Source: Firmicutes bacterium UBA5509
GTDB lineage: Bacteria; Bacillota; Proteinivoracia; UBA4975
Direction of reading: 5' to 3'
Length of the DNA stretch: 64,000 nt
Assembly (NCBI GenBank): GCA_002423965.1
Contig: DIOR01000023.1
Span: 90,997-154,996 of the forward strand
Positions 48,544 through 57,669 of this stretch are shown here, one piece after another (position 1 is the stretch's first letter; every line of letters begins with the position of its first letter). Under the pieces are notes generated by a model, which searched no databases, was not told where the DNA came from, and saw only the letters and a program-made list of their open reading frames with translations. Both the position numbers and the translations under genes were made by a program.

Positions 48544-49305
48544 ATGGAATGGTACATGGAATATGAAGTTATCAAAAACAGGCCTGGCACCTTAGGCGAT
48601 ATCGCTTCTTTCCTAGGGCTCATGGGTGTAAATATTCTCATGATTAATGGCGTTGCCGAGGGACGGCGCGGTCTATTACTGGGATGTAAAGAAAAATCTA
48701 GAATCGAGTTTATAAAAGATGCTCTCTCTAAAGTACGTAGCATCAAACTTCGAGCTTTTCGACAACCCAACTTTATAGACAGAATTAGCCTGAAACACGG
48801 CAAGATAATATGTCAGGAGGCAAACTCCCCTGCAACATATAGCTTTGTCCGAGAAGATTTAGGCATGTTGGTGGACTTTTTAGGGGAGTTGTTCTTACAG
48901 GATAAGCCCATTATCGGCCTCCGTGGCATGCCCAGAGTGGGCAAGACAGAAGCTACAATTGCAGCCAGTGTCTATGCCAATAAAAAATGGGTAATCATCT
49001 CATCCACCCTTATGCGCCAGTCAATGCGCAAAGTCTTGTCTGAGGAAGAGCAGACAGTGGATTGTGTCTACTTAATTGACGGCATCGTTTCCGGTGTCCG
49101 AGGCAGCACTGAACACAAGGAATTGGTTGAGGAAATATTGAAGCATCCTGTGCCAAAGGTTATCGAACATCCTGATATCTTCCTGCGGGAAAACGACTTG
49201 CCAGAGGACTTTCTTGACTATATTATTGAACTCAGGCGTTCTAAGGATGAGGTTATAGACTATAACCTCGTTTCTCAGTCCTTTTCATCCTTTGATATAA
49301 GCTGA
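48544..49305 (+). CDS. ACT-domain protein with a C-terminal Walker-A-like motif (DUF3388/YmfK-like)
   Basis: N-terminal ACT fold (YEVIKNRPGTLGDIASFLGLMGVNI). GMPRVGKTE (GxxxxGKT) and a hydrophobic-D stretch (VDCVYLIDG). Lies upstream of rodZ, as ymfK does in Bacillus. Confidence 0.75.
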   Translation: MEWYMEYEVIKNRPGTLGDIASFLGLMGVNILMINGVAEGRRGLLLGCKEKSRIEFIKDALSKVRSIKLRAFRQPNFIDRISLKHGKIICQEANSPATYSFVREDLGMLVDFLGELFLQDKPIIGLRGMPRVGKTEATIAASVYANKKWVIISSTLMRQSMRKVLSEEEQTVDCVYLIDGIVSGVRGSTEHKELVEEILKHPVPKVIEHPDIFLRENDLPEDFLDYIIELRRSKDEVIDYNLVSQSFSSFDIS

Positions 49306-49315
49306 GGTGAATGTA

Positions 49316-50089
49316 ATGGATCAAATCGTCAGTCAGTTAATTGAAGCTCGCAACAAAGCCGGTCTTAGTCTGGAGGATCTGCACAAATTGACAATGATTC
49401 CAGTCAGGCAATTAGAATACCTGGAATCATATCAGTTTGACAAAATAGGTCCCTCTGTCTATGTCAAAGGTTTTATGCGCAGGTACGCTGAAGAAGTTGG
49501 CATTGACCCCGACAGCCTATGGCAGATTGAAACAAGTCAGCTTCCATTAGCTTCTCCTGTCAAGGCCAAAGGCAGTCGTCCGCCTCTAAAGAATTATCTT
49601 ATCCCTATTGTGCGCATTCTTGCTGTTTTAGCCATTCTCTTTTTAGTAGGGGTCCTGATTTACAAAGCTTATATTTCTTTTAACCAGCCAGCTCCCCCTG
49701 CACCACCAGCACCGCCCGGACATGAGGACCAGGAACCCGAACCGGAGCCGCAGCCGGAGCCTGAACCCGAACCGGAACCCCAGGTGACAGCAGAACCGGT
49801 GCAGGTAGATAGTAACGATGCAATCTATTTGATTCACAATGCCGAGAGCCTTGAAGTGACTTTAGACTTTAGCGGTAGTTGTTGGACCCGCATGACTGTT
49901 GACGGGAAGAAGGCAGGGGAGAGTACTTTTACCTCCGGCCAACAACACCAGTTGGCTGCAACGGAGTACGTGAAAATCAGGTTCGGTGCCCCCCTTTATG
50001 TCAGCGTTACTGTCAATGGCGTCCCAATTGAAACCCCGGAACTACGAAAGGGCTTTAATTTGGAAATTAGGTTGGCTCCTGCCGATTAG
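49316..50089 (+). CDS. rodZ: Cytoskeleton protein RodZ (XRE-type HTH, TM segment, Pro/Glu-rich linker, DUF4115)
   Basis: HTH (LIEARNKAGLSLEDLHKLTMIPVRQLEYLE), transmembrane segment (LIPIVRILAVLAILFLVGVLIY), PPAPPAPP and PEPEPQ repeats, C-terminal beta domain. Confidence 0.85.
   Translation: MDQIVSQLIEARNKAGLSLEDLHKLTMIPVRQLEYLESYQFDKIGPSVYVKGFMRRYAEEVGIDPDSLWQIETSQLPLASPVKAKGSRPPLKNYLIPIVRILAVLAILFLVGVLIYKAYISFNQPAPPAPPAPPGHEDQEPEPEPQPEPEPEPEPQVTAEPVQVDSNDAIYLIHNAESLEVTLDFSGSCWTRMTVDGKKAGESTFTSGQQHQLAATEYVKIRFGAPLYVSVTVNGVPIETPELRKGFNLEIRLAPAD
49694..49793 (+). repeat. Low-complexity Pro-Ala / Pro-Glu repeat-coding tract inside rodZ (CCN-GAR tandem repeats)
   Basis: Encodes PPAPPAPP...EPEPEPQPEPEPEPEPQ. 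The tandem GAACCS units are visible in the DNA. Confidence 0.6.
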
Positions 50090-50105
50090 AACTGGGAGAG
50101 TGTTT

Positions 50106-51410
50106 ATGGATAGAATCGCTATAGTGAATATGGGTTGCCCAAAAAATCAAATTGACTCAGAAACCATGTCGGGGTTGTTGGCTGAAGAAGGGTACCAGCT
50201 TACTCCCCATCCGGAAAGTGCAGATATCATCGTGGTCAATACTTGCAGTTTCATAGATGAAGCCAGACAGGAATCAATAGACCAAATACTCACTATGGCT
50301 AAATACAAAAAGACTGGCTGCTGTCGCCAGTTGCTTGTAACCGGTTGTCTGGCCCAAATGCATCATCAGGAGTTGGCTCAAGAGATTCCCGAGGTGGATG
50401 GTTTTCTTGGCACAGGCAGTGTGGATAAAATACTGGAGGTCATTAAAGGGGAAGGAGCCCTAATATCTCCTCCCGAACAGTATGACGGTAGGGCAGAAAC
50501 CAGGCGCTTACTTTCCACCTATCCCTTTGGGTATTTAAAAATTGCTGAAGGCTGTAGCAATCACTGTTCCTATTGTGTCATTCCGAAATTAAGAGGTCCT
50601 TTGCGCAGCAAAGAGTTGAACCAAATCCTTTCGGAAGCCCGTTGGTTAGTGCAAAGGGGAGTAAAGGAAATTATCCTCATTGCTCAAGATACCTCTCAAT
50701 ATGGACTGGATATTGGCGGCATAAGCCTATTGCCTCAATTACTAAGGGAACTAGAAGAAATACCTGGCCTACAGTGGATGCGCTTGTTATACTGTTATCC
50801 CGATAATATTACTGATGAGCTCATAGACGTCATTGCCGCCTCCAATAAGCTGTGCAAATACCTAGATATACCCCTTCAGCACAGTCATCCTTCCATTTTA
50901 AGCAGCATGGGCCGAAGGGGCAGGGGAGAGGCAAGGGAGCTCATTGACAAACTCCGGTGCCGCATCCCCGATATTTCCTTAAGGACAACATTCATAGTGG
51001 GCTATCCCGGCGAAACACAGGAGCATTTTCATCACTTGTTGGATTTTATCCGGTGGGCAGAGTTTGACCATTTAGGGGCATTTACTTATTCCCAGGAGGA
51101 AGCGACTAGGGCAGGCGCCATGAAAAATCAAGTAGCACCCGCAATCAAGAAAAACCGTTACCACCAACTTATGACGGCTCAGCAACAAATTGTCCGTAAT
51201 CGCAACCAAAAGCTAATTGGAAGTAAGTATGATGTACTTGTAGATACCATTAGCCAAGGCCTGGCTTACGGACGTAGTTACAGGGAAGCCCCTGAAATCG
51301 ACAGCAACATCATTTTTCCGGCCATGTCTGTTGAAGTGGGAGACTTTGTGTCAGTAAGGTGCACCAGCTTCGATGGCTATGACCTAATGGGAGAGATCGA
51401 TAATGGATAG
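50106..51410 (+). CDS. rimO: Radical-SAM methylthiotransferase, most likely ribosomal protein S12 methylthiotransferase RimO (MiaB family)
   Basis: N-terminal MTTase domain (IAIVNMGCPKNQIDSE), radical-SAM CSNHCSYC, C-terminal TRAM domain. Position is upstream of pgsA. The RimO versus MiaB distinction is not certain. Confidence 0.75.
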   Translation: MDRIAIVNMGCPKNQIDSETMSGLLAEEGYQLTPHPESADIIVVNTCSFIDEARQESIDQILTMAKYKKTGCCRQLLVTGCLAQMHHQELAQEIPEVDGFLGTGSVDKILEVIKGEGALISPPEQYDGRAETRRLLSTYPFGYLKIAEGCSNHCSYCVIPKLRGPLRSKELNQILSEARWLVQRGVKEIILIAQDTSQYGLDIGGISLLPQLLRELEEIPGLQWMRLLYCYPDNITDELIDVIAASNKLCKYLDIPLQHSHPSILSSMGRRGRGEARELIDKLRCRIPDISLRTTFIVGYPGETQEHFHHLLDFIRWAEFDHLGAFTYSQEEATRAGAMKNQVAPAIKKNRYHQLMTAQQQIVRNRNQKLIGSKYDVLVDTISQGLAYGRSYREAPEIDSNIIFPAMSVEVGDFVSVRCTSFDGYDLMGEIDNG

Positions 51411-51984
51411 CGTAGCAAACAAAATTACAGTTGCCAGGATTATTCTTGCCCCCTTGTATGTCATTATTTTTTTGCTTCCTATTCCCTACAGGGAATTATG
51501 GGCTGCATTGCTCTTTGTAATTGCTGCAAGTTCCGACGGCCTAGATGGCTACTTGGCCAGAAAAAGCAAGACGGTGACCACCTTTGGCAAATTTCTCGAT
51601 CCCCTTGCAGACAAGCTCTTGATTTCCGCCGCCCTTATTACCTTGACCTGGCTACAGCAGGTTGGGCCTCTAGCGGTATTTACTATTATCTGCCGGGAAT
51701 TTGCTGTAACGGGTTTACGGGTTATCGCAGCCAGTCAGGGAACAGTGATCTCTGCAAGTAAATTGGGAAAGGCCAAGACATTGTCCCAGATCATCGCCAT
51801 CACCGCTCTAACCCTAAATCTAGGCCTTGACAGCGGTAATACATGGGTGCATAAGGTTTTAGGCTTTCTGCCTGTAGAACTCATTGCCAAGATTGCCATC
51901 ATCGTTGCTGTCATCATGACAGTAGTATCGGGATTAGATTACTTTATCAAAAATAAATATGTTTTTAAAAAGGGATTGGCATAG
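51403..51984 (+). CDS. pgsA: CDP-diacylglycerol--glycerol-3-phosphate 3-phosphatidyltransferase
   Basis: DGLDGYLAR...G..LDPLADK CDP-alcohol phosphatidyltransferase motif. Confidence 0.9.
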   Translation: MDSVANKITVARIILAPLYVIIFLLPIPYRELWAALLFVIAASSDGLDGYLARKSKTVTTFGKFLDPLADKLLISAALITLTWLQQVGPLAVFTIICREFAVTGLRVIAASQGTVISASKLGKAKTLSQIIAITALTLNLGLDSGNTWVHKVLGFLPVELIAKIAIIVAVIMTVVSGLDYFIKNKYVFKKGLA

Positions 51985-51999
51985 GCCAATCCTTTTTTT
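51970..51999 (+). terminator. Rho-independent terminator overlapping the pgsA stop (AAGGGATTGGC-ata-GCCAATCCTT + TTTTTTG)
   Basis: 10-bp stem and a T7 tract. Confidence 0.75.
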
Positions 52000-52002
52000 G
52001 TT

Positions 52003-52032
52003 ATTAAAAAAAAACCCCTGCCGTGTTATAAT
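52003..52032 (+). promoter_or_regulatory. Candidate sigma-A promoter with an extended -10 (TGtTATAAT) in front of the hyp-ftsH-like-pncC-phosphoesterase gene set
   Basis: TATAAT at 52027-52032 with TG at -15/-14. The -35 is only A/T-rich (TTATTA). Confidence 0.5.
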
Positions 52033-52063
52033 ATCTTATGTAAACTAGGAGGTGTGAATGCTC

Positions 52064-52549
52064 ATGCGTTGGAAACTGTTCTTGCCACTGGCGGTGATTC
52101 TTACATTGCTAGGAATGCTGGGCAGCAATTATTGGTCTGCATCAGCATCTCACCGGCAAATAGCCGCATTGCAACAAGAAAGCGTTGCTAATATCTCAGA
52201 GAATGAGGATAGTATTGTCCTTAGCCTTGAAGCTAATGGTGACCTGGCAGATATCTTAGCTAATCTGGACCAAGAGAAAGTCAACAGGGTACTGGCGGGC
52301 AGGGAGCTGAAATTACAACGGACTGGGCTGGTGCCCATCGACTTGGATTTTTCTCGACAGGTTGATTTACTTGTTGCCCAAGCGGTGGCAACTCGTGAAT
52401 ACTACTCAGCCAGCCTGATGCTTGAAAAAATGGCCCAGGAGCATGGGTACAACTCTGCTTTAGTTATCTGGGGGGATAGGGTGGTGGCTGAGGTTGGTGA
52501 CAGCCTTGAATGTCATATCGCCCAGCAGGTTATGGAGGTGAGACCATGA
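52064..52549 (+). CDS. Hypothetical signal-anchored/secreted protein (about 161 aa)
   Basis: N-terminal hydrophobic segment (WKLFLPLAVILTLLGMLG). AGGAGGTG lies 9 nt before the ATG. The stop overlaps the next gene's start (ATGA). Confidence 0.55.
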   Translation: MRWKLFLPLAVILTLLGMLGSNYWSASASHRQIAALQQESVANISENEDSIVLSLEANGDLADILANLDQEKVNRVLAGRELKLQRTGLVPIDLDFSRQVDLLVAQAVATREYYSASLMLEKMAQEHGYNSALVIWGDRVVAEVGDSLECHIAQQVMEVRP

Positions 52550-54015
52550 AAGAAATAGCAGCGGCTGTGGTAGTGGCCGCTTTGGCAGTCCTTGCCCTAA
52601 ATGGAGTTAATATCATGCCCTATATTTTAGTCTCGATAATTGGCTTAATGCTGGTTACTCGCTTTGAACTCTTTGGCAAAATCACTAACGGCGCCAAGTA
52701 TTCATCCGAGAAAGGGACCCTTTCGGATATCAGCTTTGATGTGGTGGGGGGGCAGGATGATGCAAAGGAAGACCTGATGGAAGCTTTGTCTCTCTTAAAG
52801 TCCTCCCGAAACACCAAGTTGGGAATTAAGCCTTTGGGGGGCATCCTCCTTCAAGGCCCACCGGGAACGGGCAAGACGCTGATGGCAAGGGCCGCCGCCA
52901 ACTATACTGATTCGATCTTTTTGGCTGCATCCGGCAGTGAATTCGTAGAAATGTATGCTGGAGTTGGAGCCAAACGTGTGCGGGATCTATTTAGCAAAGC
53001 CCGGCGCTTGGCGCGCAGGCATCGCAAGGAATCTGCAATGGTCTTTATCGATGAAATGGATGTTGTAGGTGCAAAAAGAGGAAAAGTTGAAAGTCATATG
53101 GAGTATGACCAGACCCTTAATCAGCTCCTGGTAGAACTTGATGGCATTGAGGATACCAGCGATGTCAAATTATTTGTCCTGGGGGCAACCAATAGAGCAG
53201 ATCTCTTAGATGAGGCTCTCCTCCGGCCAGGGCGTTTCGACAGAATTGTCGACATCGGTCTTCCTGATTTAGACGGTAGATTGGCGATATTGAAAATTCA
53301 CTGCCAGGGAAAGCCACTGGCTCCGGATGTGGATTTAACGGACATTGCTCATCAGACCTATGGTTTTTCCGGCGCACATCTGGCTAATTTGGCCAATGAG
53401 GCTGCGATTCAAGCAATGCGCCGTGGTGATGACAATATTATGCACAATGACTTCCTGGAATCCATCGACAAAGTTCAGCTTGGTGGCATTAGGGAAGGCT
53501 TGCTTTCATCTGCTGAAAAACAGCGGGTGGCGATTCATGAATCTGGACATGCCCTCATTAGTGAACTGTTTTTCCCCGGCTCCGTTTCAACGGTAACAGT
53601 TGTACCACGGTCCAAGACCCTAGGCTTTATCCGCCAAAAGGAAGATGTGGCCCCTGTTCTTCAGACCGAATCCTATCTGAAGAAACAGTTATGTGTGCTT
53701 TTGGCCGGAGGCGCTGCTGAGGAACTGGTTTTAGGCGAAGGCAGCACCGGTGCCGCCAATGATTACCAACGGGCTACCGAGATCAGTAAAAATATTATTG
53801 TCCACGGTCTTTCAAGATTGGGTATAATTAATATGGACCACATCGATAATCGGGAATTCAACATGGTTAGCAGTGAAATCATTAAAGAGAGCCGCGATAA
53901 GGTGGCAGGCGTTCTCGCCAGTCACCGTGACGCCCTGGATGGGGCCGCTGCAATATTGGCAGAGCAAGAAAGGATTTCTGGAGAAGATTTTCGCAATCTG
54001 ATGCATCAAGGATAA
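52546..54015 (+). CDS. Short FtsH-family AAA+ zinc metalloprotease paralog (N-terminal TM hairpin, no periplasmic domain)
   Basis: Walker A GPPGTGKT, Walker B FIDEMD, second region of homology (GATNRADLLDEALLRPGRFDR), HEXXH (HESGH) and a downstream GAANDYQRAT third zinc ligand. 489 aa, against about 600-650 for canonical FtsH. Confidence 0.85.
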   Translation: MKEIAAAVVVAALAVLALNGVNIMPYILVSIIGLMLVTRFELFGKITNGAKYSSEKGTLSDISFDVVGGQDDAKEDLMEALSLLKSSRNTKLGIKPLGGILLQGPPGTGKTLMARAAANYTDSIFLAASGSEFVEMYAGVGAKRVRDLFSKARRLARRHRKESAMVFIDEMDVVGAKRGKVESHMEYDQTLNQLLVELDGIEDTSDVKLFVLGATNRADLLDEALLRPGRFDRIVDIGLPDLDGRLAILKIHCQGKPLAPDVDLTDIAHQTYGFSGAHLANLANEAAIQAMRRGDDNIMHNDFLESIDKVQLGGIREGLLSSAEKQRVAIHESGHALISELFFPGSVSTVTVVPRSKTLGFIRQKEDVAPVLQTESYLKKQLCVLLAGGAAEELVLGEGSTGAANDYQRATEISKNIIVHGLSRLGIINMDHIDNREFNMVSSEIIKESRDKVAGVLASHRDALDGAAAILAEQERISGEDFRNLMHQG

Positions 54016-54056
54016 GCCTGTTACAGGCTTATCACTACATAGCAGGAGGAAGAAAA

Positions 54057-54545
54057 ATGGAGAAGATGGAGAAGGCTGCCCACTTAGTGGAAACCCTAAT
54101 AAATTACCACATTTCTTTATGCACGGCAGAATCTTGTACTGGGGGAGGCATTGCAGACAGGATTACTGATATTCCCGGTGCAAGCCGGGTTTTTGTAGGT
54201 GGTGTAGTAGTATATACCCCTGAAGCCAAGACAATTCTATTGAATCTGCCTACATCAGAGATTCCCCTGGGTGCGGTTGGGGAAGAATTAACTGTGAGCA
54301 TGGCCTCAAGGGCGAAGTCTTTGTTAGGGACTGATCTGGCCCTTGGCATTACAGGGGCCTTGGGCCCCACAAGCCCTGGGGACCACATCAAGGTTGGCCA
54401 GGTGTATATTAGCATCGCCGGGTTGGGGCACCAGGAGGTGACTCAGATTATTTTCTCCGGAGACAGGCAGACTATAAAGGAAACAGCAGTAGAGACCAGC
54501 ATTGATTTACTATTGGCCTATATCGCGAGGTGGTACATTGCCTAG
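54057..54545 (+). CDS. pncC: CinA C-terminal domain only (PncC nicotinamide-nucleotide amidohydrolase-like)
   Basis: LCTAESCTGG...VFVGGVVVY signature. The N-terminal MoCF-like domain of full-length CinA is absent. Confidence 0.85.
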   Translation: MEKMEKAAHLVETLINYHISLCTAESCTGGGIADRITDIPGASRVFVGGVVVYTPEAKTILLNLPTSEIPLGAVGEELTVSMASRAKSLLGTDLALGITGALGPTSPGDHIKVGQVYISIAGLGHQEVTQIIFSGDRQTIKETAVETSIDLLLAYIARWYIA

Positions 54546-55962
54546 GGCTTCCGCCGTACTAAAAATTATCCTTGTCGGGATACTGGGGGCCATGCTCCTG
54601 GTTTCCCTTTTGTCCTCCCAAGACATAAATGCTCGAGCCCTGGACCTTACCCTGTCCACGTCCTTTGTTCAAGGTGGATTTACCGAGCTGGCTATACCCC
54701 CCTTGGGTACAATCCGAGCCAAGACTCATCACTTTCCCTTGAGGTTTCGCGTCAGTTTAAAGGACATCAATCTTGATAGGCTAAAAACACTAGTCTCCCA
54801 AGAACCAGAAAGCATTTTTCCGGAAATTGAGGCATCCTTCCGCTCACAAATATTATTCTTTGTGCTGCGGTTATTGTTTTTGTCCCTACTGGGGGGATTT
54901 GTCCTAGGATACATTCTTTTTCGAAAGCCTAGTCAGGCATTGCTAGCAGGATTGGCTGGACTTTTGGCTTTTGCAATCCTGATTGGCGGTGCGGCTTTAA
55001 CTTTTAATGAAAATGCTTTCCAAGAACCGGAGTTTACTGGCGTAGTAGAGGCTGCGCCATGGCTATTGGGCGTTGCAGAGGAAGCATTGATAGCGGTGGA
55101 TAGTCTCGATGAAAAGCTCAAGGTCATCGCCTCAAATCTAACTCTTATGTTTGAGTCCCTTAGCTTGGTAGGGGCAGAGAATGCAGTTATTGACGGAGAG
55201 CTAAAGATTCTCCACGTTTCTGATGTACATAACAATCCCTTGGGGATTTCTTTGGCTTTTCAGATGGCTGACGCCTTTAGGGCAGATTTAATTATTGACA
55301 CCGGAGACGCCACCGACTATGGCACTCCCATTGAGGGAGAGATGGTAAGTAAGATCAGTCAAAACAGGCTTCCCTGGATTTTTGTGCCTGGAAACCATGA
55401 TTCTCCTGCAGTAATAGAGGAGCTGAAAGAGGTAGAAAATGTCACCGTTCTAGAAGCAGGCTTAGTCTACCTTGAGGAATTTGACTTGACTATTGCTGGT
55501 ATTGGAGACCCGGCAGCGGTAAAAACCGAAATGCGTGTGCCCTCTAAAGAAGAATACAAGGAAGCCGCTTCACGGTTAATGGAGATTATCCAACAATCAG
55601 AGAAGAAGCCTGCAATTATTATTTCTCACAATGGAGCGGTTGTTGAGGAGTTTACCCATATGCCGGTTACTTTGTTACATGGCCACAGTCACCGGGTGAA
55701 TATTCGCACACTGGATCAGGCAGCAATTATTGACGCAGGCACCACTGGTGGCGCAGGGATAAGGGGACTTATGACCAGGGATGAGATTCCCTATACTATG
55801 GTTTTGCTCCATCTGCATCGCTTGGAGGATAATTGGCAAGTGATTGCTGCCGATATCATTACTTTTAACCAGCAAAATACAGGATTCATTCTTGAGCGCA
55901 AACGGCTTGCTAACCCAGGTACTTTGGAAACTGAAGACATGGAAGAGAGTCCTGAGGAATAG
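54538..55962 (+). CDS. Membrane-anchored calcineurin-like metallophosphoesterase
   Basis: About 3 N-terminal transmembrane helices, then LHVSDVHN...DTGDATDYG...PGNHD...GHSH phosphoesterase motifs. TTG start overlapping the pncC end. Confidence 0.8.
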   Translation: MPRASAVLKIILVGILGAMLLVSLLSSQDINARALDLTLSTSFVQGGFTELAIPPLGTIRAKTHHFPLRFRVSLKDINLDRLKTLVSQEPESIFPEIEASFRSQILFFVLRLLFLSLLGGFVLGYILFRKPSQALLAGLAGLLAFAILIGGAALTFNENAFQEPEFTGVVEAAPWLLGVAEEALIAVDSLDEKLKVIASNLTLMFESLSLVGAENAVIDGELKILHVSDVHNNPLGISLAFQMADAFRADLIIDTGDATDYGTPIEGEMVSKISQNRLPWIFVPGNHDSPAVIEELKEVENVTVLEAGLVYLEEFDLTIAGIGDPAAVKTEMRVPSKEEYKEAASRLMEIIQQSEKKPAIIISHNGAVVEEFTHMPVTLLHGHSHRVNIRTLDQAAIIDAGTTGGAGIRGLMTRDEIPYTMVLLHLHRLEDNWQVIAADIITFNQQNTGFILERKRLANPGTLETEDMEESPEE

Positions 55963-55988
55963 AAAAGACACGAAAACAGAAAATGTCC

Positions 55989-56017
55989 TTGCTAGAGGCG
56001 AATAAATGTTCTATAAT
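55989..56017 (+). promoter_or_regulatory. recA sigma-A promoter (TTGCTA-17-TATAAT) with an embedded LexA/Cheo box CGAATAAATGTTCT
   Basis: Hexamers and spacing read directly. The box closely matches the B. subtilis recA operator CGAATATGCGTTCG (consensus CGAACN4GTTCG). Confidence 0.7.
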
Positions 56018-56050
56018 TTAAGTAAATATATTTTTGGGAGGTTGGCCTTA

Positions 56051-57061
56051 TTGGAACGACAAAAGGCTCTTGATATGGCAATCCAGCAGATTGAGCGGCA
56101 GTTTGGCAAGGGCTCAATCATGAAACTAGGAGAAGATACTTCACTAAACGTGTCAGTAATCCCTAGCGGCTGTCTGGCACTGGATATCGCCCTTGGTTCT
56201 GGAGGGTACCCCCGGGGGAGGGTTGTGGAAATCTTTGGGCCGGAATCTTCCGGCAAGACTACAGTGGCTCTGCACTTAGTTGCTGAAGCACAAAAGCTGG
56301 GTGGCAACGCAGCCTTTATTGACGCTGAGCATGCCCTGGATCCTGTATATGCCAAAAACCTTGGGGTAAATGTGGACGAGCTCTATGTTTCCCAGCCAGA
56401 TACAGGGGAACAAGCTCTTGAAATTGCCGAAGCTCTTGTGCGCAGCGGCGCTATCGATGTTGTTATTGTTGACTCTGTAGCTGCTCTGGTTCCCAAAGCT
56501 GAGATTGAAGGGGATATGGGTGACGCCCACGTTGGTCTACAAGCTCGCCTCATGTCTCAAGCTCTGCGGAAATTATCTGGAGCTATTAGCAAGTCAGGAA
56601 CCGTAACGGTTTTTATCAATCAAATTCGCGAGAAGGTCGGAATCATGTTTGGCAACCCCGAAGTCACTCCCGGTGGAAGGGCTCTCAAGTTCTATGCCTC
56701 AGTGCGCCTTGACATTCGCAGAATCGAGACCCTGAAACAGGGCACTGAGATGATTGGCAATAGGACTAGAGCCAAAGTTGTCAAGAATAAGATTGCCCCA
56801 CCCTTCAAACAAGCAGAATTTGATATCATGTATGGCCAGGGGATTTCCAGAGAGGGTTCTGTTTTAGACACTGCCGCAGAATTGGACATCGTCAACAAAA
56901 GTGGATCTTGGTATTCCCTGGACTCCGAAAGGTTGGGCCAAGGGCGAGAAAACGCCAAGGAATTTCTTAAAAATAATCCCGAGGTAACAGATCAAATTGA
57001 AAAAAAAGTGCGGGAGCATTACCAATTAGGTTCATTTAATGCCCCTGTAAAGGAAGAGTAG
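56051..57061 (+). CDS. recA: Recombinase RecA
   Basis: [27 protein letters not shown]-terminus and Walker [13 protein letters not shown] start 9 nt after GGGAGG. The upstream in-frame ATG of the ORF track lies inside the promoter. Confidence 0.95.
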   Translation: MERQKALDMAIQQIERQFGKGSIMKLGEDTSLNVSVIPSGCLALDIALGSGGYPRGRVVEIFGPESSGKTTVALHLVAEAQKLGGNAAFIDAEHALDPVYAKNLGVNVDELYVSQPDTGEQALEIAEALVRSGAIDVVIVDSVAALVPKAEIEGDMGDAHVGLQARLMSQALRKLSGAISKSGTVTVFINQIREKVGIMFGNPEVTPGGRALKFYASVRLDIRRIETLKQGTEMIGNRTRAKVVKNKIAPPFKQAEFDIMYGQGISREGSVLDTAAELDIVNKSGSWYSLDSERLGQGRENAKEFLKNNPEVTDQIEKKVREHYQLGSFNAPVKEE

Positions 57062-57065
57062 TTAG

Positions 57066-57509
57066 ATGGCAACAGCCTTTTCCCAGGCATTGAATTATCT
57101 CACCGCCCGCAGCAGGACAGTCCAGGAGACCTCTAAGTACTTGCTGCGCAAAGGTTGTTCCCCCCAAGAAACCCAGGAAGCTATTTTGCGCTTGCTAGAG
57201 CTAGATTTGCTTAATGACAAAAAAACGGCCAGCCAATGGGTAGAATACACCATGAGATGCAAGCCCCGGGGAAAGGATCGCCTTAACCGGGAACTAAGAG
57301 CCCGAGGTGTAGACAGGGCAATCATTGAAGAAGTACTTTTGGTTCTCGACGACGATACCGAATATGAGTTGGCCTTGGAACTTCTTGCTTCACGGCATGT
57401 CAGTGAATGGCCCAGGGAGAAATTATTCCGGTTTCTCCGCTACCGGGGATTCTCTTTCCCTGTAATTGAAAGAATCCAGCTATATTATGAAAACTTGACA
57501 GGGGAATAA
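57066..57509 (+). CDS. recX: Recombination regulator RecX
   Basis: 147 aa with three-helix repeats, immediately downstream of recA. Confidence 0.85.
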   Translation: MATAFSQALNYLTARSRTVQETSKYLLRKGCSPQETQEAILRLLELDLLNDKKTASQWVEYTMRCKPRGKDRLNRELRARGVDRAIIEEVLLVLDDDTEYELALELLASRHVSEWPREKLFRFLRYRGFSFPVIERIQLYYENLTGE

Positions 57510-57632
57510 AAAAGCATTAAAATTGAAGTTGGTATTTCCACAAAATTACTTTAAGATTCTGCCCTGGTGGCATTTTGATATAAACGAGGATAAAGATTCA
57601 TAGTAGCAGATTATCCTTTTTTATAAATTTAG

Positions 57633-57660
57633 AGCCAGGGTAGAGCCCTGGCTTATTTTA
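57633..57660 (+). terminator. Hairpin AGCCAGGG-tagag-CCCTGGCT + TATTTTATATT between recX and rny
   Basis: Perfect 8-bp stem and an A/T-rich tail, directly upstream of the rny Shine-Dalgarno. Confidence 0.6.
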
Positions 57661-57669
57661 TATTAGGAG

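Noticed and set aside
56006-56050. recA ORF extended to ATG 56006 ([16 protein letters not shown]...).
   Set aside because: That ATG lies inside the -10 and LexA-box region of the recA promoter. The conserved RecA N-terminus (ERQKALD...) begins at TTG 56051, which has a GGGAGG Shine-Dalgarno.
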